From positions 3,348,001 to 3,412,000 of the forward strand of contig CDLV01000004.1 of assembly GCA_001244265.2 (NCBI GenBank): a DNA stretch of 64,000 nucleotides, written 5' to 3'. The stretch is from Microbotryum violaceum (Eukaryota). Shown piece after piece: positions 48,258 to 61,935 of this stretch. The notes below the pieces were generated by a model. It saw only the letters and a program-made list of their open reading frames with translations. It was not told where the DNA came from and did not search any database. Made by a program: the position numbers and the translations under genes. The first letter of the stretch is position 1; the number at the start of each line of letters is the position of its first letter.

Positions 48258-49721
48258 GCTCAAATGAGCGCGCCGCGTGACAAGTCTAGGAACGGGAATC
48301 GCAACAGTCCAAAATTGGATGGGCCGACATTAGCGGGTTTCGACGATCGATTGCGAGACTTTTGTCGGACCGCGACCATTGCAAAACAACGTTGTCAAGA
48401 TTGGATTTGCGGGACTGGTTCTATCGCGTTTGACCAGAAGGCAGCAGCTGTGCGGCGGGGGAGGGGCGGTGCCGAGCGGCGCGGCGACGCGGCGACGCCA
48501 GAGGCTTTGGGCTCAAGTAGTTGTAAAATGAGTCAAGTTGCAGCGGGGTAAGGGACAACTAGTGGTGTGTCCAACCGTTCAACAAGTACGAACTATCTAA
48601 GGATGTCTGACAACGAAAGACGAGATTGAAACCCAGCGAGTGTAGCGAGATGAAAGCCAAGAAGACACGGAAATGAACGTAGTGGGAAGGCAGGCTTAAC
48701 CGAAGAAGAGAAAGGAAGAATTTTCCGAAAGAATGAAGTAGTTTTCACGCGAGTGACAAGGGATGGAGGGTGGGATCGATCAAGGAGCTTTGGCTTTGCA
48801 AGAACAAGCTCAGAGTGATGTCAGTTGGCTGCAACTGGTGAGAAAGGGGATAGCTACTTTCGTCTCAGCATACCTTTGCAAGAACAAGCGGGACTCTGTG
48901 ACGCCGCGGAGGCTAGCAGAGGCTGCGTTTCGAGCAGGGGGGTTCGGCAGAAGGACTGCTGAGAGATGCAGGGGTTGCAAGTCAGTGAAGTGGTCCAACA
49001 AGGACTACCGACTAACTGCCCGTACAAGACTGGCAAGATCACTGTAGGAATCAAAGTGGTAAGTTCACCGTGCAACAAGCTTGGGTGACCAATAACACTT
49101 ACCCCGAGTTACTCCTGGACAGAGCCACGTCGAGGATTTAGACGAGAAGAGAAGGAAAGAACAAGAGAAACTCATGTATATCCTAAATAAATATCATTCA
49201 GGCACACATTTTATTATCATAATGGCGTTTAAATAAAGCTTTAGAAGGAATTGGTTTCTGTAAATCTAGGCGCGGCTAGCCGAGAAACGTCCGGCAAGAT
49301 GAAACGCTCGGTCAGTGACTTCGTCAACTGTGAGGTGATCTTGGGAGTGAGGAACGCACCTGTATCAACGGTGGTAAACGCAGCAGCAGAGGCTGGTGGA
49401 GACGTCGACGGTGCAGTGAAGGCCCTGAAGGGAACGTGCAGCGCGAGTGACCGCCTGTGAGCCCGCGTATGTATGAGGCACAGCTATAGCTCAGCAGGGG
49501 AGAGAGGAGAGGGGAGGCCCGAGCGCGCGAGCTCGATCGGCGCGTCAAATCCTTTTTATTTATTTGATAGACTTCATTAACAGCATAATTATATTAATAC
49601 CTAGAAATCTTCGGAAAAGTCGGAGGGAATGCTGTTACGCACACTGGCAGAAGCCAGTAGTGTAGGACTCATTGACCCTGAACCAGGATCAACCATACCC
49701 ACTAAAACCCCCTTTGGTGTC

Positions 49722-52700
49722 TTACAGAGACACTAGGCGACCCTTGGACTCCTGGATAGAGGCTCGAAGCCCCTCGAACTCCGTTTCGGTGATCGGTTCC
49801 AAAAGATCCGACGAAAATCGACGACGGCGACAGAGCTTCCAGATCGAGTGAAAGAAGAGGACTCGTAGTTCGACAAGTCGACGTTCCGAGCGAGACACGA
49901 CCGGGCATACAAAGTCCACAAAGACTGGGTGGGGGGTCGGGGACAGAGCAGACCAGAGGCGCCGGGCAAATGGGCAGCCAACCGCGAGGTGAACCAGGCA
50001 CTCGGGTGCTTCCGAGAGGCACATCACACAGGAGGTAGATCGATTGTTGGGATGTGGGCTGGTTGGGGAGGCGACTTGGCTTCCCGGATGGAGGGACCCC
50101 AGGGAGAGAAGGTGGCCGGTATCCTCGGCGTCCGAGTGAGCCCGGCGAACCTTGCGCAAAGCCTTCCACCAAGCGTTCCAGCGTTGCTCAGGCAGATCGA
50201 ATACCTTCTGGTGTCCCTTGAGGAAGATGAAGACTTGGTGGCGTTTGGACGCGTTCACAAACGAAGACGGGGTCATCACCTCGCCATCGGGCCCTCGAAA
50301 AAGCGTCGGGTTTACCGAGAGTTGTATTCCGTGGCGCGCTGGGAAATAGAGTACGTGCGTCGCCCATTGCTCGAGGTTCTGGCTCTTGGAGAGTTCCGGG
50401 GGATTGAGCGTGGTCACCAACGCCCAGGCTTCGAAGTATCGGACCCAACGAGCAGGAAGAAGTTTTGTCGTTTTTCTCACCGCATGGTCCCACTTTGGGG
50501 AGGATGGCAAAAGTAAGCCCACCAGATCCAAATCCAAGGGCAACGATGCTGGTTGGGGGCCGGTCTGGACAAGGTGAAAGGGGTTGGTTCGTTTGGTGCC
50601 TGGAGGCGGATGCGGATGTCGAAGAGGTGGCGTGTGAAGCAGCCGTCCGGGGCCCGGAGCTGGAAGACCCACTTCGCGTGATCGATTGCTAGACGCCGAG
50701 GCAGATCAATCAAACCGAAGCCGCCGTGATCAAGAGGGGTGCAGAGGCGCGACCGGGAGACCTTTGAACGTCGCTGAGTACCATCCGAAACTCGACCGTG
50801 AATGGCGAGCATAGCGGCCTCCTCGATCTCCTTGACAACGCTCTTGGGGCGGGAAGGAATCGGCTGTAGTACAAGATCTTTGTGTAGCAGTAGATGTTGA
50901 TGATCGAACACTTGGCTGCATATGGGAGATCGTACATCGGAACTGAGCGTATCCGAGCGATGGTCGAGGCCTTGACATCTTCCCAGCCCGCATCCTCGGC
51001 GATCTCCACCCCGACCTGAATACCAAGGTAGCGAAACTGCGAATCGCTGAGACGCCAGGTCCCGAGATCTGGGGCGATCGACCGATCCCGAACAGCTCCA
51101 AGGGGGTAGAGGAAGGATTTGACGTTGCTGAGCTTGCTGGCACTTGCCCGTTCGTAAAGCTCGATCGCCCGATTGAGGTGGTCGAGGTCCGAGAGGTTGT
51201 GGAGTGCGCAGCAAGCGTCGTCGGCAAAAAGGAGTTCGCGAACGTTTTGGAGGCCCGCAATATCGATGCCCTTGACTCTCAATCGAATCTGACAGGCAAA
51301 ACCTTCGATCGCCAGGACGAAGAGAGACGGAGCCAAAGGATCACCTTGCCAAACGCCCAACAGGATGTCGAAAGTGGCAGAGAGCCAACCGTTGAGGAAG
51401 ATCGAGGCAGATTGGTTGGTGTAGGTCGCTCGGTACCATTGGCGGGCTTTGGGGCCGAGGCCAACGGCGCAGAGGACTGCATCAAGGTACGGGTGGGAAA
51501 GACGATCGTAAGCCTTTTCAAAGTCCATCACCACTAGCATGCCAGACCCGGGTGTTGAGCCCGGAAGTCCAGGGTCCATGAGACATTGGACCTCAGCGAT
51601 GTTTGTGCCGATCCAACGGTTCGGAACAAAGCCACGTTGGGTTGGGCCGATCAGGGACTCGAGCAAGGGAGCGAGGCGCTGGTTGTGGGCTTGCGAGATG
51701 ATGCGCTCGTCCGCATTGATGAGCGATATGGGGCGTTTGTTCGAAAGCTGATCCCTCTCGCCGCGTTTGTGGATGAGATGGATGTGGGCGGTGTTGCGGG
51801 GAAGAGGTCCAGGCTGACGGGCCTCGGTGGGGATCGAGTTGATGACGTCTCGAAGAATCGGGCCAGTGGCCGGCCACGTAGCGCGATAGAACTCAACCGG
51901 GAGGCTGTCAGGCTCTGGCAAAGAGTTCGACTTACACGCCTCTTGAGCCTTTGTCATCTCCTCCAACTGGTACGCTTCCTCGAGCTTGAATGAGTCCGCG
52001 GGAAGAGGCGAGTTGGAGCGAGGCCGTCGGTGATCGCCTTCAGGGCCGCGTCATCGATGGGGCGGTCCTCATAGACCCGCTCGAAGTAGTTGCTGGCCGC
52101 TCCAAGCATCGAATCAGGGTCGAAATGAACATCATCGTTGACCGTGAGCGAAGAGATCAGGTCAGATGCTCGCACTTTGCGCAGGCGGATGAAGATGGAA
52201 GAGGGACCCGCCAGAGATGGGTCGAGGCGGGACCGCAGGGCCTCGCCGTAGCGCGAGTGGTCAGCCCTCTCTTGCTCCGACCCGCCACGACGGAACTGAG
52301 CGAAAGTCCGGGCCAGAGCCTGCAGCTCGGGCAGCAGGCGGTGTTTGGTGGACGTCCAAGCTGCTGGTGGATCGTTGGGCGTCTGGAGGAGGGCTTTGTT
52401 GTAAAGGGTGCGGACAATGGAGGTGAGGTACTCGCAGGTCGCGTCGCCCTCGATCACGTGCAAACCCAGCTTGAATTTGCCCGGACCAATGTCGATTGCG
52501 CCCGGCACTTGGAACCGTGCCACAACCATTGAGTGCGTCGATTTGAGGACAGGAGCCCAAACTGTGATCATGGAAGAGGTCGACCCAATCAGGCGAGACA
52601 TAGATGCGGTCAAGGCGACGGCACGTGCCGGGCGCTGAGCAATTCGTCGTGGCTCGTCCTTTAAGATGATGGAGCCGATAGGCGTCGAAAAGATTGTTGG

Positions 52701-53268
52701 CCGTGGCAAGGTCGCGCATCTCCTGACCCCCATAATTCGTTCTGTTTTGGTTCTCCGAATCGAGGGGCTGGGACTCAACACAATTCCAGTCCCCCCGACT
52801 AGGAGCGCAGGCGGCGAGGGTTCGTCACGTACAACTTGTCGGTGAGGTGTGAGAGGAAGCGTTTTTTGTCTGGCTTGTCGGAGGAAAGCGCGTATATTGA
52901 TACAACCCGGACTTTTGAATCACCCACACAAAAGGTGGCGTCGGTGACGCACGCTACAAAGAGAAAGAAGCACGAAGAGTGTTTGGAGGCAACTCGGGAT
53001 CAAAAGTAATGACCACGGAGTCGCTCTTCCAAAGTATGGCAGTGTTGTTGAAAGGAGTGAAAAGAGCGGAGAGCTTTAAGTCTTGGCACTCCTGAGTCCA
53101 CTGGGCCACCCTTTCGGGGGAAGGTCGGCCAGTTTCGCTCAGGAGAAAGACGTCGGCGTTATGGGAGCGGAGATTGGAGAAAAGAGAGGCACACTTACGG
53201 TCTTCATTGACTGACTGCACGTTGGCAGCAACAAAAGACACATTTGGGATTTTAGTTGTGCTCATCAT
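49722..53268 (-). pseudogene. LINE ORF2 (AP endonuclease, RT, C-terminal CCHC), frameshifted
   Basis: AANVQS and LSET endonuclease motifs, RRLDRIY, KRPISLIN, DFEKAYD, QGDPLAP, LFADD, YLGI, CVMC...HLAVGC. Confidence 0.9.
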
Positions 53269-54678
53269 CTTGGTCCATAACGTCTTCCACGTCCTTAGGA
53301 GGTGCTTCTTGGTCTTCGGCTTCATCGTCGGCCTGGTCGTCGGTGTCGGCGTCATTGGGTCGGGCTTTGGGCGCGGCTGAAAGGCAACGGCGTGGGCGAA
53401 GACGGCTCGGGGCTCGGCTCGGAGGCTTCGAGGGCAGGCGCAGTGGGAGGGGCTTCACGAGTAGCTGGCTTGGAGAGGGCGGCAATTGACTTGGATCGAG
53501 TTATGATCGAATTTGGCGTGGCCAGAGGAGGGCCTGGGGATGGAGAAGTGGTCTCTGAGCTGGGGGACTCGGAGGATTTTTCAACGAGGGAGTAGGCAAT
53601 TCCCTGATTGGAGGCAGGCGGGGGGCAGGAGGAGTGGCAGTTTTGCAAGGGAAATTGAAGGAGAACTCGGGGCGGGCATTCTTCGACAGAGAATCGGGCT
53701 GAGCTCTGTTGGACAGATCTTCAGTCTGGGCAGCCAGATCCTGTTCCACTCGACGTTTTTTGGTCGTGCGGTCGTGGGCAGAGGCCGGGGAGATCGACTT
53801 GGACACGGCGGCGGGGCGCGCGGTGGTAGCGGTGGAGGCTTGCGGGGCACGTGACGTGGGGTGGGGCTCGACGCATGACGGGCCGGGCAGTGCTGGGTGG
53901 CGTGCGACGTGCTCGCGCAGGACTTGCACGCCGGGGCGACGGGGCAATCCTTACGGACGTGAGCCGCGGAACGGCAGAAGACGCAGTTGCGCATGCCACC
54001 GGTGATCCTCAGTGGGATTCGCTCAGTGACACCGTCACGAGCAATAGAAAGTGAGGCAGGGGGCAAAACATCTACATCCTTAAGGGAAAGGATAAAGTCG
54101 TACACCCCAGAGATGTTTTTCGTCTTTCCAATGTACTGGATGCGACGACGGAGGACCGTGCCATAGGCAGCGATCTGCTCATCGAATAGGCAGAGGCCCT
54201 CGGGGTCGGAGAAAAAGCCCGTAAGGGTGCATTGTACAACACCTCCTCTGGTAGAGCTGTACAGCTTCTCGAATTTGCACAGAGTCTTGCCAACAGTGAG
54301 GCCGTTGACCACCAGGGTGTCGAGATCGGCGGCCTTGGGAAAGCGGAGGCCGCGCTGACCCTTGATGACGCATGGCATTGCGCCGGTAAGGCCAGGGTAG
54401 TATTTGTCAAGCGCGAGGAGGACTTGCTCGACCGAGGTTGAGGGTGGGGTGTTGATGATGACACAATTCTCGATGCTGTGCATCAGTGGATGGGCGGCGA
54501 CGGCAGTCGAGGCGTTGGCGGTGGCGTTTCCGTGCTTCGCAGCGGAGCGGGCGCCGACCGCGGCGGAGTATGATTTGGTGGTGGTGGCAGGGGCTTGGCC
54601 GGGGGGATCGGGAGGGTCAGGGCGAAGAGGTGGTATAGCAGCATGGCTGGCGTTGTTGGTGTTGTTGTTGTTGTCCAT
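53252..54678 (-). pseudogene. LINE ORF1 (gag-like, CCHC knuckles), frameshifted
   Basis: CVFCRSAAHVRKDC and CKSCASTSHATQHC. Confidence 0.85.
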
Positions 54679-54956
54679 CCAATAGGAGTTTCCTTAGAAG
54701 TCGGCCAAATCACGGTGATTTTGAAATGATCGTTGCAGCAAAGGCCGAAAAGAACATCAGCAGCTCGCTATCGCTCCCCGCGAGCCGTTCTCACGGAAAT
54801 CTCGCGGCAACACAACAACTCCGGCGCGAACGCTCGCACGGTCCTGCGTGCCTCCGATTGTTTGGTCGGGCTTCACATCGGCGCCTCGACGACGGAGGTG
54901 TAGCAAGTCATACTTTCGAACTTGGCGACACCCACTCGCGAGCCTTTGCTTCCGCG

Positions 54957-56407
54957 ATGAACCGCCCCAACATGACGACGCCCCTCAGCAAAGCGCGTCG
55001 ACACGGAACCGCGTTCGTCTTGGCGGCGATGTTCCTGAGCGTTGTCTCGCTCGTGCTGCTCCGACTCCAACACAATCTCACCTCCCACCGCTCCACGCGA
55101 TTTGGTCACGACGGAACACCATCGTGGCAATTCAATGAGCGGGTCCCGACACCGGAGGAGCGGCTGCAGGAGCTCAATGCCGACTATACCCCTGGCCGCT
55201 ACGATGGGTTTGGCGTCGGCTCCGCGGATCTGGCTCGGTACCGCGAGGAATTGGTCGACTTTGTCCACGCCATCAACCTCACCTCCAAGGCCGTTCCCAG
55301 TCCGAGCGGAACATTACCGCACACCGACACACCCTCGCTCGTCCGTTCGCTCGAATGCCACCTCGAACTAAGGTGTCGCGCGGCCTCCGCCACAGCCAAT
55401 GCGGTCCGGAGAGGCCTCTTCGCGACCGCTTCCAAAACCTCCGCCTTCTCGACCCCCAACATGCTCGAGTGGCAACGCATCAACCCAGGTTACGCGATGA
55501 ACTTCTACACCGACGAACAAGTCTTTGCCTTTGTCCACGACCACTTCCCGACCGAATCCTCCTCTGTATCCAAAGTCTTTGACACCTTGCCACTCGAGAT
55601 TATCAAGTACGACTGGTTCCGCTACCTTGCCGTCGGGTTATACGGGGGCTTCTACGCCGACGTCGATACCTACCCTCTCAAGTCGCTGGACGCATTGCTC
55701 TCGGCCCAACCGTTTCAAAAAGTGATTGACCGCACCGATCGATTACTCGTTCCCGACCATGATCCGACCGCACCACCGGGATTGGTCGTCGGCGTCGAAT
55801 GGACTGGGAGACAGAACAATCTGAGGAATGTCCTCTTTGGGCGCAAGTTGGGGATCGTGCAATGGGGATTCGGGGCGCGTCAAGGGCATCCCGTGTTGAT
55901 CGAGTCGGCCAAGAGGGTGTTGGAGAACTCGGTGAGATCGTCGAGGCGGGAATGGGACGCTCGGGAAGGAAAAGGGCCGGAGGATATGTTGCCGTTCAAT
56001 CCGGCCCAGGATAAGACCAAGCCATTGGTGTTGGAGTGGTCAGGGCCGGCTGTGTTCACGGACTGCGTCGCTAGGTAAGTTGGCCGCTCTTAGCTGGGCC
56101 GCTGAACTCAGATGTGCTCACTCATTGATGTGCTTTGGCGCCTTCAGGTATCTTCAAACATGCTACTGTATTTCGTTGAGCTCTTTGGCGCATACGACCG
56201 AACCTATTCGGATAGGTGACGTCTTGCTCTTGCCGATCGCGGCGTTGCAAGTCCCCAAGTACTCGGCGATGCGATGGCTCAACTGGTTCCTTGGGCGAGA
56301 GTTCCACCCGTGGTCCGAGCAATGGCATGTCATGCGACATGGTGAGCAGTTACCCTGCAAGTCTTTATGCTTTTCCTAGATCGTGCTCACCAGGATTTTG
56401 GTTCTGA
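54957..56407 (+). CDS. Glycosyltransferase family 32 (OCH1-like)
   Basis: N-terminal TM helix, KYDWFRYL...GGFYADVD (DxD), IVQWGF, WSGPAVFTD. The last exon is uncertain. Confidence 0.8.
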
Positions 56408-56807
56408 TAGATCATACACACGTATGGTGGGCAGCCGCTCAAAAATCTAAGACAAAGCCGACGACATCACGAGAACGGTGATCACGTTCTCACGGACTGG
56501 TTCAATCTGGATGCCAATCACGATGAAGGAACGTCCCCGACTCCCCGATCATGATTGGGTCGTGACTTTGGTGTCGCTTCGTGTTTTCTCTCTTCAGCTC
56601 GCTACTCTACCCTGATGTCTTTACCCTTCTAGGCTCACCACCTCAAACTAATTGAGTGCGCCGTCGCTCTCCTTGATATATCAGTCGCGACATGGTTTCC
56701 TTGCAGTTGCATAGTCACTCCTTACATAGTCCTATATACTCTCGCTTCGCTTAGAAATGTGATACATTCAACAAGGTGCACGATGTAGAGATACGCAAGA
56801 GCATCGA

Positions 56808-59800
56808 TCAGCGAGACATGAAACCACCCCCTTTGGTGATGTCGTACGTCGTCCCTTCTTGGACTTCTGCCATCCGCGGAACCTGTGGTATCTCCGAACC
56901 AGGTCCCCCACCCAACAGCTCCGCAAGCACGCGATCCCTTTCCCTCACTTCAGCCTCCAAAATCTCCTCCTCTTCCATAGCACCCTCTTTCTCCACCGTC
57001 CTCCGTTGTTGAACGTCGATGAGGGATCTTCGGACGCCTGCGCAGGCGAGATCGATCGAACCGCTCGGGACGATTCCTTGGGCGGGTTCTTGGAGGGGTA
57101 TTGCATTGATGTCGATGGGGCGGTTGAGGATCGAGTCGAGCACGACGAGTGCGCCGAGCTTGGAGACGACTGAAGGAATAGAGAGGTTTCGTCAAGGCGG
57201 TTCTTCCCCAAGGAAATCAGCTCTCACAGCTCGCACTCACTCGTATTGGCTCCCGAACACATGTGGGAAGCGACGCAGGATGGACACCCTTCGGTGCATA
57301 TACAATTCGCAATCGTATCTGCTGCTTGCCGTATCAGTACGGATATGTGATCGAACGCCTTGGCACAGATCCCTCCCGACATGCCGGCCGAGTCATACAG
57401 GATCAATCTGCGCAAGGACGGTCGGTTCTAGATCAGCGCCGGGGCGTAGTAGATGGTGGAAGAGAGCACGATCGCTCACCTCGCCGGTCGTTTTCGACTA
57501 CTAGGCATACTCGCAAACTCCTTCTCAGGCTGTTTACACTCCGTCCTCACGTCACCTTCGGTGCACATCGCGACGATGGGGGTCAAACTCATCAACGCAT
57601 GTTCGGCCGCATGGATCGACGCGGCGGGGTGAAGGTTCTTTAACAAGAAAATTTCCAAGGCTGAGGCCGGGACGTCGATCCAGAACCCGTGGGAACGGCG
57701 GATGAAGGGTGGGGAGGAAATGTCGACCGTGTCGAGGATATTGTTGCGCTTGTCGGTTTTAAAGTAACCGAAGACGATCGAGGTAACTGCAATTTCGGGG
57801 GAACTTGAATGAGTCACTAGGACAATGGTGGTAACTTGCAGATAGAAACGTACTATCGACAAGACCATACGACGCCGCACACGGAGACCCTGTGATCTCC
57901 CGAATGGTCAAGGGCTCCAAGGGGTCGATGTTGGTATAGTCACGTTGGCGTGTGCGCCATTCCACCTGCGCAAGCTCGACCCGCGCAATCTTGCGATCGT
58001 GATTGACCTCACGAACGAGGAATGTCCTGCCCATGTGGTGGTAAATCGCACCCTCGTACGTCGTAAAGATAGCCCGACTCGTCTCAATCTCCTCCATGAC
58101 CTCGTGCCTTCCTTCCGAAATGTCAACAATCGTATACGAGTCCTCCTCCGTACTCCTAATCGGCACCGCCTTAGCGGGGTAAGGTTTATGCTTCGGATGA
58201 CAATGGTAGAAACCTTCTCCATCCACGACGAGGGATCTCTTACCACGCGTGCTAATTCGGGTCCGAAATAGTGTGTATCGACTTCGATTCGGATGGGCAT
58301 CTCGTCCGCTGCGCATTGGAGATGCGCTTCCATGACGATCGGGTTCGTCAGATCGATGCCTAGTTCACTGAAAGGCGAAGTAAAAATCTGATCCGGGTTC
58401 CGAGCGTAATGCTGGTCCAAAGGCCAAGGGTCGCAGATCAACATCGCTAGAGAATCCTTGTTGCGTCGACCGGCTCGTCCCGCTTGTTGCCGAAGACCGG
58501 GGAGCGTGTAGGGGAATCCGACGGTGATTACCGCGTCGAGGGATCCGATATCGACGCCTAATTCGAGGGCGGTCGTGGCAATTACCCGAGCAGTTGGCCG
58601 GAGAACATTTCTTGTTCAATGCGACGACGATCCTGTGGATCTGACATTTCAGCCTTCCTTTTCCAAATAGAATAAGGGTCCTTGATTGAGTACTCACAGC
58701 AGCGCTGTACCCAGACCGATAAGACATGACACGGGAGGCCATATCACTGCGCCCTTCGACCATAAGATCCGTGCGGACTTGTCGCATCAACAGCTCACAT
58801 TGCGCGCGAACCTGAGGGTAGTATCCCGAGTCAGCTTGTTCAGCTGGCAAGTGGGTACAGGATGAACATATCTCACCTTGCAGAACACAATTGCCCGAAT
58901 GCCTCGGTCCATCAAGAACCGGAAGATCCTCGATGCTTCGTACATGTTGTTGATCTGTCCTTGTTTGGGATCTTGGCCATCGATAAAAGGTGGGTTCCAG
59001 ATGAGATATTCCTGCGCATCAAAAGCTGACATCCGTCAGCCACATCTACGCCTCCTGTGCAAAGAGAGCCCGACTCACTTTCTTCCCCGTCGGCGATCCA
59101 TCGACATCAACTACCACAACATCTTCCAGTCCAAACATCGTCTGCATGTGTTCCTTCGGATTTGCGATCGTCGCACTACACGAGATGAACTTGACCTTAT
59201 CATTCCCCACCGCTGCGCAGATCCTCCTCAACCTCCGCATGATGAAGGCGACGTGGGATCCGACCAGTCCGGCGTAGTAATGCAACTCATCGACAACGAC
59301 AAATTTGAGGTTGCTGAAGTAGCGGCGCCAGCTTTCTTAGCGGGGGAGAATGGTGAGATGGAGCATGTCCGGGTTGGTGAAGATCTGTCAAGTCGGGCAT
59401 CGGCTCCCAAGTTAGTGATCCGTTATTTGGGTGCAGAAAGAAGAGAACACACAATGTTCGCATTCTCTCGCAGGTAGTCTCTGTCTTCCCGGTGAGTATC
59501 ACCGTCGACCGTCGCGATCTGCCGTTCGGTACTCATGCCAGTGAGTCACCGTGCACGTCCTTTCCGTCTGAGCCCGGACCTCAAGCCTCACCTTGACATC
59601 TTCCAATCCTCCACAAGCAGCCAACAATTTCGCCAGCGCGCGTTTCTGATCTTGCGCCAGCGCCTTAGTGGGAAATATATACATCGCCGTCGCATCATGA
59701 TCCTTCTCCAACTCCTTCAACGCGGGAAGTTGATAAATGAGGGACTTTCCGGATGAAGTGGAGGTGGATACGATGACGTTGTGGCCTGCATCGAGGGTGT

Positions 59801-59895
59801 TGATCGCTTGGCTTGGTGGGAATACAGTTGGGTGTTTTTTTTGGTCGTGTAGAGGGCGTCCCAGACGGAGGTCGAGAGAGGGAGGTCGAGATCGC
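56808..59895 (-). pseudogene. HRQ1: HRQ1 RecQ4-like helicase, 5'-truncated pseudogene
   Basis: LYSHQ, STSSGKS, FPTKALAQDQ, DELH, SATIANP, ALELGVDIG, QQAGRAGRR, IHAAEH, CTEGCPSC. In-frame TAA at 59337-59339, several frameshifts, and no N-terminal exons beyond the LTR. Confidence 0.88.
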
Positions 59896-59956
59896 CTAGG
59901 GGAGGTTCGAGATTTCATCGTCAGCTCAGGATCGCACGAACATAAGGAGGGGAGGG

Positions 59957-60218
59957 TGTAAGGAGGGAGGAGAGTTTGGTTTAGGTGGTGGAGAGTGTAA
60001 GGCCCGTGCGCCTGGGCCTTAGGAGGAGGGTACGCGCGCCTGGGCACTCTTAGTCTCTCTCCAGCGACTGATACGAGTGTCCAGGTGAGCACAAGGTGGA
60101 TCAGAAGGCATTGTCATACCAGCAACTGATACGAGTGTCCAGTGTCAATTCTACATACTTTGGTCCTGTGATCCTTGTCGTCGCCGCTCAGGTGTACACT
60201 CCAACGGGGTGTATTACA
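59957..60218 (+). repeat. Chromovirus LTR (59996-60218) with adjacent polypurine tract remnant
   Basis: Near-identical to the reverse complement of 8305-8527; preceded by GAGTTTGGTTTAGGTGGTGGAGAG as at about 13304-13327. Confidence 0.92.
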
Positions 60219-60219
60219 C

Positions 60220-60266
60220 TTGGCGCACTGAGTTGGCGCACTGAGTTGGCGCACTGAGTTGGCGCA
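60220..60266. repeat. 13-bp tandem repeat x3.6
   Basis: TTGGCGCACTGAG repeated. Confidence 0.9.
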
Positions 60267-60536
60267 ATCAGGCGCGCCGCACGCGGCGATCCCCTTGTCT
60301 TCATGTTGCAACGTGCCATATTCTACGATGCAACTACTGTTACGCTTCTTTCGGAAACGAAGCGCCGATAACACGGATGACAAAATACAGCAGTTGGAAA
60401 AGCTATCTGGGGCAAGGCTGCAACAAGCAAAGGTCAGTTACTACAGACTTGCCCCAGTCCTGGCGCCGGGCTGGAGCTGATGTATGTATCTCGGACTATC
60501 CCCTTTCACTAGTCCCTTCCCCTAGCAAAACTCGGA

Positions 60537-61930
60537 ATGACGTGGGAAGAAGCGGTCCGTTCGCCGGTATGGAATAAGAAGCTTTGGAGACGCGTTCGTC
60601 GATGGATCCCTCCGCCAAGCATTCTCGAGCCTTTGGTCCGGGAAGTCTTTGAGAAGTTCGGACCATTGATCGATGCGAAGTCGAAGCAACCACTTTTCAA
60701 CAAAGCGGCGCACAAGGCAGCGAAGAGATGTCTTGAGGCGATTCCGAAAGGCCAAGTCTCGGATCCAGTTGGCATCGAGCTGTACACCGACCTTGGGCCT
60801 TGCGGAGGGCCAGATGGAAAGGCGGATGACGGTGTCCGTTTATATTCCTGCCAGCGCGACACCAACAGTCTTGAAGGAGGCATCCATCGGAACCTTCGCC
60901 AACGGTTTCCAAAGTCTGGTGTTTCTCCGTGCCATGTCAATGCGTGCATGGCTGACTACGTGCTAGTGCACAATCTCACGGTCAGTCCAACTCCACCATC
61001 GCAATTCGAAGAAGCGGCAACCATTCTCACCCATTCTCCCTTGTATTCACAGGTTGGGACGTTCAATCGTACCGGAAAACCATTCGTGGGGCACTACGAC
61101 CTCTGGCTCACTGTGGAATTACATCGTCTGAGGCGCAAAACCTCGGCATTTTTCCCACGGCACTCAACCACCGTGTCAGATATAGTCAACCCGCTGCTCT
61201 ACACCCCATCCACCGAAACATTCGGCATCGTACCTGTTGTTCAGTCGCCAACAGCGCAAATGCGCTTTTTGATCGAGCCCTATCAAGTCGAGCGCGGGAC
61301 TCTGCGTTTGGAGCCCATCAAGTGGTCGCCACGAAACTTGCTGCAAACAATACGCCGGCGATACAGCATATGCAAAGCCGGCTGCCGACCGATCGCAAGC
61401 TTCGCCACGACTGGCCAGCGGAACGTCAGGGTACTCGATTCGCTGTATTGTATGTCCATACACCCAGCGAACGAGCGCTATACAGATATCTCTCAAGCAA
61501 GGTACGACTGGGAGCTCCTCAAAATCTTCGGATATTCGAGATTACCGAGCCTTGGAACAAGTATGCCAACGGACTAGACATTTTTTACAAAGTATGTCGC
61601 GTCTGTGTCACACTGAATGGTGATGTTGAGCTGAAGCGCAATCCTCACACAGATGCCAGAGCACATCAATACATGGGCACCGAGATGGTCGTCGCTGGCA
61701 AATGCTCAAGCCACAATGAACATGGGTGGGAACGACGTCATAGTGATTCAAGCTTTGCTTACCGATCCCTCCCGCGGTCGTGATGTTAGCATGCTAGCGG
61801 CTAAGCCATTACTCGGTCACAAACCGCCTGTCTTGGGGAGGCTTACAGAGGTAGAAGTCGATTTCTCGGATCCTCCAACGTCATCCATCCTTTCCCTTGT
61901 TGCAACTCCCTCGAACGACGCTGGTTCGGG
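60537..61930 (+). pseudogene. Probable DNA-transposase C-terminal remnant, family unresolved
   Basis: RRVRRWIPPP, DAKSKQPLFN, GQVSDP, YSCQRDTNSLEGGIH, GHYDLWL. From memory these resemble repetitive basidiomycete DUF6729-associated proteins, which is unverified. Truncated at both ends. Confidence 0.5.
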
Positions 61931-61935
61931 TTAGG

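Larger units (their letters stand above)
49553..54800 (-). mobile_element. Non-LTR retrotransposon, L1/Tx1-like LINE, near full length
   Basis: ORF1 plus ORF2 (APE-RT-Zn) with a short A-rich tail at 49553. The 5' end is approximate and no TSD was found. Confidence 0.9.

Noticed and set aside
54726-54956. N-terminal extension of the GT32 ORF
   Set aside because: It reads through the LINE 5' region; the ATG at 54957 gives a normal type II membrane topology.
59812-60223. CTTGG as a TSD around 59817-60218
   Set aside because: The left CTTGG and following bases are HRQ1 coding sequence (LYSHQAQAIN), so the match is coincidental.
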